Below the pieces are notes generated by a model, which saw only the letters and a list, made by a program, of their open reading frames with translations, ran no database searches and had not been told where the DNA came from. Of a stretch of DNA of 64,000 nucleotides, positions 25,039 through 37,300 are shown one piece after another. The translations under genes and the position numbers were made by a program. Source of the DNA: Bigelowiella natans CCMP2755. Taxonomy: Eukaryota > Protista > Cercozoa. The stretch is from positions 51,829 to 115,828 of the forward strand of contig ADNK01003130.1 in NCBI GenBank assembly GCA_000320545.1. The letters are read 5' to 3'. Each line of letters opens with the position of its first letter. Position 1 is the first letter of the stretch.

Positions 25039-25556
25039 CGCGGGAGCTGGCCGATCGGATCCAGGAACGTCGTTCTGGCTGAGTCTGGCGACGATGCAGG
25101 CGACGTACTGAGAACATCACGTAAACCCTTTCATTTATACTCTGCGACATACAAATGAAAATTATTGGCAAGTACATAAATATCTCAGAAATCATCGGTC
25201 GAAAATAATCCCTTTGACATCCTCTGGAGGTGTGTGATTTGAAATTGTTGGTTGTGTTCTCAGTTCACAGACGAGATAATTTTTTTTGTAGGATATGTTT
25301 CGCGTGAAAATATTTCCCAAGAAATTCTTGAATATTTTCGGCTTGAAAGCATCCTTCCCCTCCTCCGCTGCGAGTCCGTCGAGACAGGAAGATGTATCAG
25401 AAGAGCACAACACCTTAAGAGGGGGCATCCGTGCAAGACACATCCAATGGTACGTGGGAAATCTGCCCTTAGTGCTACTATTTCTCATGCTAGTGGTGGT
25501 AGTTGTGGTAGCAGTAGTAGCAGTAGCAAAACAGCATGTATTCAGATGAACCTCGA

Positions 25557-27660
25557 ATGATCGAGAGCATTACCATTTTTCCAGAATGGAAGCAAAAAGA
25601 GAAAGGGCCCGGCTTTATACCCGGTACTTTGGTGACACATCCCGTTCCTCTCTCTTCCTTTTTCTTTCTCTCTATCAGCGTGCGTAGCCGACCACTCTTA
25701 CTAATTCTCGTATTGAAACAAATTCAATGACTTTTGCTAAATCACCAAACTTCAATATGCAGAGTGAAGTGCCAAGCCATATTGCTCTTGGTCACTCTCA
25801 AATCTACGGGTCCTACTTTGACCTTAAAACGAAGAGATGGGGGTATGTATGTTATATCACAAATTGAAAGAAAAACGTGAAAGTTTGTGTTGCCTCGATT
25901 TGCTGATGTGAGCATTGATTTTCCATAGATACAAATGCTGCAAATCTCTTGATCGCTCTAGCTTGTGTCCAAACTCTGTAAACGTCGACGAAAAGGCCGA
26001 CTTCATGGAACCATTAAAAACAACACAAGTCACGAAGGTAACGACACATGAAAGTACTGTCGTTATCATACATTTAAGCGACTCTCTTAAGATCACTAAT
26101 TTTTACAGCGGAAAAAGGTTGGACCTTCGCTACCTGCAACGGGACTCCCGGTTTGCTGCTTCGTTTAGAATTCTAAAACAAAAATCTATGCATAACTCCT
26201 CGCTTATTTCGAAATTTATCGAAAACAGGTCACGCTATCGCTCCTAGATCACCTCCATGGCCATCAGGTTTGCTCACTAATCGCAAAAAGAGATTCGTTT
26301 CATATTTTAAATCCCACTAGATTAGTGATATGGTGGTGGCTGCACTGTTTCCGTGATGGAAGCCATGATGAGCGAATAGACAATACATAATAATGCCTCA
26401 ACTTTCTTCGGGAGAGTAGCAACGAACGATGTATGATGACCTCGCCTGCTTCCTTTGGAAATGTGATCTTCTATCGTCGATGACTCTCCTGTAGTGATTT
26501 TATATGTTTGGCTATGGATTACTCAGGATCACTTCGAAAAGATAAAGCCGAGATCTGAATTTGGCACTGCGGAAGAGGTCGTCTATGTCTCGATGTGGGG
26601 GTTCTGCAGACAATCTCAAACCATCCTGATCATCCCGAATAATTGATTTACAGTAGTGTTTTTGACAGTTCGTAGAGTTTACGTTGAAACATCTGTTGTT
26701 GACCTGGTCCCTCACGGCAAGCAAGAAGGTGGCAAACACGAAATGTTTGTAGTAATCTCTTCTGTGTATCATCGCAGTTCAGAAGCTGCTGAGGTTCAAT
26801 TTTAGTATTGCTGTGAATGGTTGTGGCTTTTATGTCGTCTTATTGATGCAGGCCGAAGAAGTTTCATCTGGCGTCGAAAAGTTGGTCAAGCTTGTCCAGG
26901 TACTTGTTCGTCGGAAACACTTTAAATTCCCTTGATTTGAGATCGTGAGTAATAAGGCAGTATTTGTGCTTGAAATTGTGTCCAATCGTGTAGAAACACC
27001 AGCTCAATCCCAAGATTTTAAAAGGTCCAAACAAGTTATATAGTATCTCCATATGCTTTATTGCTGTGGAGCCTATGTTAGATAAAATGAAGAATTTGTG
27101 TCACCAATACTGTGCACACTGATAATTGTCATCTTTCAGGCTTGGAGACCATCCTAGATCATGTGGTAAACTTCTATGCTACCTTTTTTTTTCCAGCATT
27201 TTTGGCGCGTTTGTTGCTTATCACCACATTTCCAATGATACAGGTGAATAAGAGGTTCATCGACGCAAATCGTTTATATTTTGACCTCTCAATAGGTTAC
27301 TTCATCATGTTTTGTCTTAAGTTCCCCTTGTCTTTCCGCTAATCGTGTTGTACACCCGTCGTCGCAAAGGCAAGGAGCCTTGGCCAATAGGCGTCGGTGA
27401 ATGTAATACTTACGAACAGGTTAGAAGCCGAAACTCTTTGTCTTTTTTTTTTAAATCTCATTATAGAATTATTGTAGGGGAAGATGCGGGGCGCTAAGTT
27501 CCGGCATAACATCATATTGCATGACGAGGAGTATAGACATCTCGTCCTCCAGGTTGTCCAAAATCATGTCGATTGGTAGAACTCGAATATGAATACAGTA
27601 CAATCACACAAAAAGGTCAAGAGGATTCTCGGGTTTGCAGAGAGGCACTATAGTAAGTAG
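25557..27660 (+). CDS. Prp18-domain protein with an N-terminal Slu7-like motif; many very small exons, largely missed by the ORF track
   Basis: Manual splicing gives GHSQIYGSYFDLKTKRWGYKCCKSLDRSSLC, then FVEFTLKHLLLTW, KRFIDANRLYFDLSIGKEPWPIGV, IILHDEEYR, VKRILGFAERHYSK*. Confidence 0.75.
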
Positions 27661-28703
27661 CGTCGGAGAGCTAGAGGGACAATGCACATGCAGTAGCATG
27701 CAATTGTCTTGTCGGTGTCAGCTACATGCGAGACCACACAGCTTTGGCCTGCGCCACGTCACATCTAGCAGACGGAATATGTACTTATTATTTAGAGGGG
27801 GCACTTGGTCATTCATAGCATCGCATCGTATCGTGCGCATATGCTAGATATGCTAGTATGGCTAATATGCGCATACATCTGTCACGAGCTCCGCGTACCT
27901 ACACACGCGGCTTTTCCCATGTGTCACACATGCATAGCTTTCTCTTCATGCGGCAAATGTCATGTCATGTATACCTATAGATACGTACATATATGCTCCT
28001 ATTCCCAGAGCGAGATCTAAACGCAGCAGAGTATATCAGAATTCAGCAGCGCGTGCGCGCAAGTTTTATAACTGTCATATAGGCGTGCAAGCTGCTAGAT
28101 AAGGAAATGCTGCACAATTAAACGACTCGACGACATACCGTATACGCATCGTTCCGTGCCAGCTACGTACGACGAGCTATATAAACGTATGACTCATGCA
28201 GACAGCCATTTTAATATCGTGTGGATCAAGCTACATGTGCGTGCAACGCAGCCGGGCGGGCATGGTCAAATGCAATATTGAAGTAAGCGACACAGGAATA
28301 AAGTATTAGATTGAGCACTGTTAGAGAGGAAGCGATCCTGCAACCGTCAGAATGTTTGGATTCATGTTTATTGGTCACGTCTACCGGTATCCATGCTTTT
28401 ATGATGTGCATATGTTTCGATATCATCACATACATGATGCTTGTTGCATCTCTATTCGACTGCCTCCCACGAAAATTGGGTTGAACCGTTGTGTGAATCA
28501 CTGTTGTATTTTGTGAGGCCAATTTGGTGCTGCCTTTGGGACTTATATGCACATATTGCACTCATCTACAGTGCATTCATTTTGAAGTCTCGATAACAAA
28601 GAAAAAAAATTTTTTGGTTCTGAGCGAGTGGATAACGAGAAGAAAAGACTACTTTGTGGCGGTCCTCGGTGATTACATTTTAAAATCGATGCACAGGTCC
28701 ATC

Positions 28704-29283
28704 TCAGATCCTGCCCGAATTTTGCATAACCCAGTAATTGAAGCTAGGGTCGTCACCAAGAGTGTTTCGAAGACGATCAACTTCTCCTCCATAAATTTCT
28801 TTTGTTGAAGTGTAATCTATCGGAACCTAAGTAGAACTCCTCAGTATTGAAAATATTAAATTCGGAAAACAAGATTACCCGGAATGAGATTCCTATATTT
28901 CTCATTTTCTCTAGCACGGGGAGAACAGTTGAAATATTTTTGTCTAAAAGAAAATTGATGAAAATGTGAGAACAAGGAACTATTAATTTCCGTTCTTCTC
29001 TCTCTTCTACTTACTTGGGTCAATTGCGATAAAGTCAACTACAAATGTTAGTGCATGGGGTGCATATTCAGGAGTAGTTCCCCTAGCCTGAGGAGAGTAT
29101 CTGTCAGCTTCAGAAAGAAAGACGATGGGGTTGTGATTGGGTCTGACCAGAAGAATGCTTTCAATTACGTTTTTCTTGTAATACCCCAACACGAACTTGG
29201 GTGGATATTCAGTTTGACTCCAGTGAGTAGGATATGGATACTGGTGATAGATCATTGTAAGTATTGACGAACGTCTACAGCAT

Positions 29284-29322
<39 letters not shown>

Positions 29323-30039
29323 ATCGAGCACCTCAATGCCCGTGGACCAAATCATAATTTTAGGAAGCATGGCTTTGAATTCAGAAGAGGACTCCCCCTC
29401 ATGGTCCTTCCACTCTTGTGTTACCTTTTGAACAACGAAAATAATGATAGGTGTAGTCCCTGGTCTGTTTCTAGAAGTTCTCCTTATTTCAATTCAGTGA
29501 ATGTAGTATGCTGCTGATCTACCTGGAGAGTTGAAAGTTGGGACAGCAGGTACACTCCATCTGATCGATTCTTTCCTCCCCCATACTTTTTCCTGATGCA
29601 TCAATAGCATAACGAGGACAAATGAATAAATCAAAACTGATGTTGCACATCTTTCAGTTTTTTAGTTAGCTGAGTAAGCCAATGTTATTCCAACACGTTA
29701 CACCGACGATAACAGATCCTGAAGTTGTTTTTTGCCAGATGAATTTTACCTAGTAATATCTTGAGGAGGAGCAGGAGGGGCAATGGTTGGTGGAAGGATG
29801 GCAAAGGTTTGGACGATTGACGTGGGAAGTCGACCACTTCTCTTGGTACGCGCTGCAAACCTCCACAGCTTGCCACTGCTGGTTTGTAATGATCTCCTTG
29901 AAGATCCATGCAGTCGTGCAGCCAATTTGAAACCATTGGGCTCTGGTACTGTCGCCCCCGTTTGAATCTGGATCAGGAAAATTGCGAGAAAGATGGAAAT
30001 GACGAGACAAGCGCCACATCCGTCCAGGGTGGAAGCCAT
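28704..30039 (-). CDS. Hypothetical protein with signal peptide and Ser/Arg-rich transit-like leader, multi-exon (3' end uncertain)
   Basis: MASTLDGCGACLVISIFLAIFLIQIQTG followed by a basic S/R-rich segment; downstream exons near 29010-29480. Confidence 0.5.
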
Positions 30040-31380
30040 TTTCCCTGTTGTTTGTGTTTTAGAGATTTCTCCAATCATTCAAAAAAGTCATCTGGATGAT
30101 ATCCGGCAATAATCGTGAAAATACAGCCTTAAACGCACATTGCTTTAGCTTCCGCCAGAAGGTTTACGTCTCGGAAAGAAAGAAAATGCCCGGGCAGAAT
30201 GTGCCGGTTTGAGTTCGTTCACGTTGCTCTTTAGCCTGCTGATCAATTCGACAGAGGCAAATTTGTTTCGAATAACTATCTCTTTATCGAGACGCAGAGA
30301 AAATTACAAGGTAATTTCTCCTTCGTACTTAGGAACATCTCCATCGGCAATTATTTGCAATTTTCAGTTGTCGTAGTCCCTGGAGAACCTCGTGTCCTCG
30401 GGGGATTTGAGTTGGAATTTCACGTAAAAAAATATCCCCGGAATGTCTATTTTTAGTGTGGTAGTTTCTGCGTGTGCAGCCGTTACCTCATGATTTTGGT
30501 AGTTCCTACATCGTCCTTTGAATTTCTGCAGATCAGATTGTAAATGTATAACATTTCGTATCAGAATTACAAATATCGAAGTAAATACATTGTATTTTAA
30601 GTGACGACTTAAATATAAATGAATAATATCAGAATATATCAGAAAAATAAACCTGAAACTTAACACATTAGAAGTTGTCGTTTTGGTGAAATAACCAAGT
30701 TTACAATTCAGCAAAGAATATTTAGTTTTTCGTGTGAAACTTAAGAGATATAGTATGTTTTAACAGATGTGTTCGCCAAACAGCTTCGATTCCACTCTTT
30801 CTTGCTCTCAGGCAGAATTTTTCAGAGGAAGAGTTTTATTTGTTAATTCCGTTTTGACTCCTATTATCGCATTTTTAAGACTATGGACATACATTTATGA
30901 TTAAGTAGCTGACATATTTTTCCAAAATATATTCAGAATTGACAAAAATAATTATATATATCTTAAATTATCGTTACTGTACAGTGCAAGTGTCTTATGA
31001 TTGGATTAAATTTGATTGATATTAGAAATATAGTATGATCTTTATTAGAGACATCATTTTATGTATGATTTAATGAAGAAACAGAACTGATTTCATGATC
31101 CGAAAAGCAAAATTCTTCTTAATCCTGCTGGCTTCGCTCACAACTGATTTTTTTTCTCCAGTAGAATGCCAAATATGCCCTTAACAACTGAAATATGCCT
31201 GACGTTACTTATAAAATAATGCGATTATTCTCATTTTGTTAAATTAACATTGACTTCTTAGATCTAAACAGTGCAGGATTCTTGGATTCTCGATTCCCAC
31301 ACATCAGAACGAAATCCTATTTTACCCCCTCCAGCAAGCCCGCCCAGGTATATATAGAGAGGCCGCAGGTGAATCACATC

Positions 31381-34300
31381 ATGGCTTCCTCCCCCGGATC
31401 AGGGAGAGAGAGGTTATGTATTGCCATCCTTCTCCATACGTTGGTTGTTGGCGTTTCTGGTCTGAAGTTGCTGGGAACTGTGAGGGACTTCCCGCAGGCG
31501 TTCATGAGTTCAGCAACAACGACTGGGGGGCCTACTGTAGAAAAAGATCCCTCTATGAATTATCTTACAACGGTTTCTGGCTACACGCAATGGTTTGACA
31601 CAGCTGCTGCTGAGACTTTCAATTCGAAACCACATTCCATAGAGTTCACATCGATTGCAGGAAATAAGCTAGAGGTAACTATATCTTTCCCTGTCCCCTA
31701 TCCCACTCGCTTTCCTCGCCGATTTTATATCTTGACCCTGACTTCCTTTTTGGACACAGTTTTCTAGCACGGGATTCTACCCAATTGACGGAAGACTCTA
31801 TGGGAACGAGAACCAGCCTCACAATCGCTATTTTACCTATGAACTGGAACACCAGTTTTCTATCACGTCACAGGTAGTAATGCACATATACTCCTTTTTA
31901 TTCATAGATACTGGCTTAGGATTGCTTCTTGCAGACGACGTTGACGTTTGGGGCTACGTGTAGTATGTGGGTGGGATATTGTCAATCTACGACCTGCCAA
32001 GTGTCCCAATCATGGCTTTCAGATGCAACAGGTTGTTGTCAATTTCTTCAAACGATGCCGCTTCATCTAAATATCTTAATAAACATGCAGGCTCATCCAC
32101 ACTTGTGGAGAAGAATGTTGTTTTGAACGCTGGCACATACCGTCTCTGGATTGCGTTTTCAAACCACTGCAACCAAGAACCGAAACTGAAGATCCAGATA
32201 CCTAGCACAAACACTGCTCTCCAAATGACATGTGACGTAACCACAGCTGGTGTTGTAGAGAAAGGGTTGTACCCTCTTACAAACAAAAATTTGCGAAATG
32301 CACTCTCTACAGCAACTGCAATCGAGCTTTTGAGATCGGAGCAATCAAACACATTCACATCCGCATGGCATGCGACCAAGTTTGGCGTTCGAAGAGGATT
32401 CATGACATCTTTCTCTTACAATCTCGCTGGCACGTCCTTCACAGGCGGGTTCTCTGGTTTTGCCTTCCTCGTTCAGAACTCAGGATCCCAAGCCCAAGGA
32501 GATACTGGCGTGAATCATTACAACAACATTGGAAGCTCCGTGGTGGTAACTGCTAGTTTTTCTTCCGCAAGTACTGCTGCCGTGACTATTCAAACGCGCT
32601 ATTCGGGTGACACCTCGCACACAGTGCGAGCCTCCGATTCTTGTACTGGCTTGAGCAGCACTACGAATGTGTACATCCGGTATATTCCAAAGACAAACGA
32701 CCAAGCAACTGGCCACAGTGTGCTCACAGTTGAGTGGGGTGGAAGTTGCTCGATTACAGCCGACCTCAATGAAGACTCAATTTCGGATATGTGGAACCCA
32801 GACGCTTGGGTAGGATTTACAGCCGGTATTTCCGGAACCCACCAGGTAGCGGTAACAGTCTCAAACTGGAAACTTGTAAGGCTGCAGGCCACAGGAACCC
32901 ACACGAGTATTGCGCAAGCGGGTGTGGTGTGGGCTAAGTATGGTCAACACGATGGGTATGGCGGTGCAACTGAGACCAAATTTAACAGAATGACCTCAAT
33001 AGTTCAGACTTCTTTCTCTGATGGCACTACAGTAGCAATTCCCGCATCAACTTCGTTTACTGCATACGACCCCTCGACTGCGAGCAGCACGAACCAGCTC
33101 GAAATAGTATATTTTGCAAACGACACTGCAATGTACCAATCGGTGTCTGCAGATTCTTCAAACTCGCTCTCCGCATTCTCCCAACAATATGCTTGGACCT
33201 CCTACTTGACAGGTACTGCGAAGCAATTGACCCCTTCCTCCTCGCTTCCGACTAGCGCATCGTACTTTATCGTTCCGTTGGATGGATGCGGCGACGCTGC
33301 CTCCAACAGTGGCGGTTTCACTTCAGTGTCTAGTATTAGCGTTGGGACCGTAACAACTACAAACAGTGCAAGTTTCACGTGTTCATCCGGCAGCATTTCC
33401 GTCGAGACCGCCTCGTTCTGTGGAGTAGACGTTACAACCGCAGTGGGTTCCACTTGTAATGGCCTATCATCTTGTACGAATGCTCAGAACGGATTGACCT
33501 GTGACTCAGGCGCACAGTCATGGGAGACAAACGTGTTCAGTGTAGCTTATGAATGCTACCAGCAAGTAGCCCCGGCCGTTCAGAAAACCTCTTCATCCGT
33601 TGGTTTGGATGCTGCGAACTTTGGGTTTTATCAGGAGATTTATGGTGCTTACATCCAGCAAACAGCAACGGGTAACTACTTGACGAATGTTCGTTTCAAT
33701 GGGGATTCTATTGGAAGCTTCAACGCTCAGGTGGCTTACGGAGACGTGTCTGAAACGTACACGACTTTCACAGGCTTCCCATCCTCTGTTACAGCTGGAT
33801 CGACCACCGTAATCACTATCTCCGCGAAGGACGCTTTCCAGAACAACCAGGAATCAAGCACCACCGAGTTTACTGTGTCGTTCAGTCAAGTATCCGATAA
33901 GTTCTACTCAACTCACGTTAGTGGGAACACCCATACAATTTCCGTTACTCTCACAGAAGCACTGACCATGCAAATGTATGTGCGAGTAAACTCGAAGGAT
34001 GTCGTAGGCTCTCCGGCCACGATAACGGTGAATCCGGCTGCAGCAACCACAGCAAACGTAATTCTTTCTAGCTCTACTCTTAGCGCAACTAACACGTCGT
34101 CGAGTGGCGTGACTGCGACCCTAGCGCTGCAAGATGCATACCAAAACTCCATTACGAGCGGGTCCTTCACCGCGGAAGTAAGAATTCGCAATGTCAGCTC
34201 TGTCGGCCCTTTCACGGCAAACTCTTTCACCGGAAGCAATGTTGTTATCTCGGATATTTACTACAGTGTTGTAGGAGCGTACACCTTGGACTACTACGTC

Positions 34301-37300
34301 AACAATACAAAGTTGGCGGTAACGAGCTCCCTCACTGTCTTGTTTGGCGACGCAGACCCATCGCAGTTCACCCTCACGGGCTCTTCCTCATTCAGTGTCA
34401 ACGGAGACTCTAACTACTATATCGTGCAAACCCGCGACCAGTTTGGCAACCAGAGGACTTCTCAGTCAGGACCGTTCTCTGTGATATTCAACCACACTTC
34501 GATCGGGGCTGCAATCAACGTAACGTGCCGAGTTGATGCAGCTTGCGTTTACCAAAGTCAAGGGGCATATAGAGCATCGTTTTCTCCTCTCGTAGACGGC
34601 ACATGGGAGGTCTCGGTTCAGGGGGGCGCGTCACCTACCAACTTCACCGTGAATCCTGGCCCTGTTAGCTCTCAATCCCAGCTGCAGGTGACCGACACTG
34701 TCGTCACTGCGAACGCTACTGGCACGTTCACTATCACATCAAAGGACAGCGAGGGGAACATCAGAGACCACGTAAACACTGACGGATCTGCCTTCATTGT
34801 CAACGTTGATCATGAACTCAGCAGCGGGTTTGCCACCCTTGTTTCCACCTCATCTGGGGTGAATGGTGTGTACACGTATACGTGGAGGGCGTCTTTCTCT
34901 GGCTGTGCAGGACCATACCTCATCATTGCTACGCTTACCGATGGAACGCCCATTGCAAACGCCTCGACAAGATCTGTAACAGTAAATCCTGCCGCGACAG
35001 CCGCGATCGGTGATAAATAATGCCAACACACAAAACATAACATTCTTCTGCCTCTTCCTCCTCTTTCTTTGCCTTCTGAATATGAGAAATGAATCATCGT
35101 TCCCTTGATAATTTTAGATGATCTGACTGGAGAAGGACTAGGAGGCGTGGGTGACTCCATCGCTACCTCGTTCACCTTCAAGGCCTACGACAGCTTTGAC
35201 AACCTCCAGGATGCAGCCGTAGTTGATACGTTCAACGGCTACAGTGACGAGAGCTCAGTCCAATCAAGCATTTCGATCGGCAAGGCAAGCGGACTCAACC
35301 TCTACACATTTAACTACACTGCTCCTGTCCTCGACGCAAGCTCTCCCGAGTTTGAGCTGCTGGTGACCGTTAACACAACAGCCCCTGGATCCCTGGTAAG
35401 GACGATAAACCCCACCACCATTCCAACGGACTCCTCACCGAATTACGCTGGGCTTGTCAACGCTCCTACCGGCATGAACCCGGATACCGGCGTGACCCTG
35501 ATGATCGAGAATCGGGCCTCGAATGGAGATCCCGATCCTGTTACTGTCAACCCGCGTACGTTTTTCGTCGTCTTCAACAACAGCGATGGAGAGGTCACTG
35601 GGCAAAAGGCCAGCTGCACCATCATCGTGGGGGGCACAAACTGCAATGTTACGATCAACGGCGTTTACTTGCCGCTCGTCGGCACGTACTCTGCGCGTCT
35701 CCGCGTTGGGGCCTCGAATTACTCCCCGCACATCTACCCATTCACCCTGTCGCTCGGAAACACAAACGCGCAGGCGTCCTCGACGACCGTCGCGGAGAAG
35801 ACCTCCGGAATCATCGCAGGGGGAAACATTACGATGTCTGCGGTCGTCAGAGATGCCTGGGGGAACACCGATACGACGGGGGCGCGGACGGTGTACTTCG
35901 TGGTGAAAGGGCTGGGAAGCCAGTGCAACCCTTCCTGTGAGATAGGGTCGTCATTTTCCAGCGGAACGTACTCTGGCAGCATCCGTCTCACGGTCTCTGG
36001 TGCAGGGTACTCCGTCCATGCTCGAGAGGGAGGAATCTTCCTGGGTCTTGAGCAAGGGGACATCTCTGTGCGAGTATCCAACGCGTCGGCCTCAACTTCT
36101 ACTCTCGGTAATGTATTTAGTGCGGCTACGGTGTTCGTAGTTGAAGAGGCCATCACGGCTTACGTCACGCTCCGTGATATTTACGGGAACCTCGTTTCTG
36201 GGGAGACATCAAGCACAGGATTCTCATTTACCCCCTCTCTCGAAAGGAATAACGTCAGTTACTCCATCTTCGAGTCCTCGACGGGGGTGTACACCATCAA
36301 CCAGCTCTTGCCCGTGAATGCGAGCACTTACCTGGCTGACGGCACCATTTCGACTCTCGCGTACAGCGTAAAGATCGGAGAACAGGATATCGCCAGTAGC
36401 CCGAGGAGCCTGACCGTCCAGCCTGGAGATGTAAGTGCTTCAGCGAGCTCTGTGACCACGGTTCCTGCTAATATCAACGCCGGCGACTACTTCTCGCTCA
36501 CCGTGACACTGAAAGACTCGCTGCTCAACGCCTGGAAACAGCAGATTTTCTTGGTGCGGGTGGAAGTGTCGGTTGTGAATGGCGGCGGGTTCTACAGGTC
36601 CGATGCGTACGGCCCGGGACAGAACTTTCTTGAGCCAACCCCACTCGGAAACGGGCAGTTCAACTACACTATTAAGGTGGAGGTCGGAAATGGTCCGATC
36701 AGCTATCAGTTATTCGCACTTACGCGCGCAACCTCCAACTACGGCCTGGTGCCTATTAGTGGGCTTGCTTCGCAGACGTACGTGAAATCTATTGAAGCTT
36801 CTGCGGCGCAAACGGTCGCTCTCAAGACACTAACAACCAATCAGACCAGCTCAACCTCGGGAAGATCTCCATTCGATGCGGGCTTTACAGCTTACAAGCG
36901 CATCAAACTGTACGACCGCTTCGGCAATGCGCGACAGAACGACTCAGTGGGCGCGGGCGCCGTTACAGTGAGGTTCGATGGCCACACAACGAATTCTTAC
37001 ATCGATACGCTCATGCCAAGCCCTTTCACCTGTGGTCAAGGGCTCTCGGTCATCTCGGGTTTCGAGCAGACGATGCAAGCGGTGAATGTAAGCTGCAGCA
37101 ACTCAACCGGAGAATGCCTCATCACCATCGAAGGGATCCGCTCTGGGAACTTCCGCATGATCGTGTTTGTGAATGGGGTCGGTGCGCTTTGCGAGCAATT
37201 CACTGTTCTCCAAGGGCCTCCAAGCGCCCCGGGCAGTTCTTTCGATCTTGGAGTTGTGGGAAGCGATAACACATGCTCAGTAGCCACCTCCACGGACACA

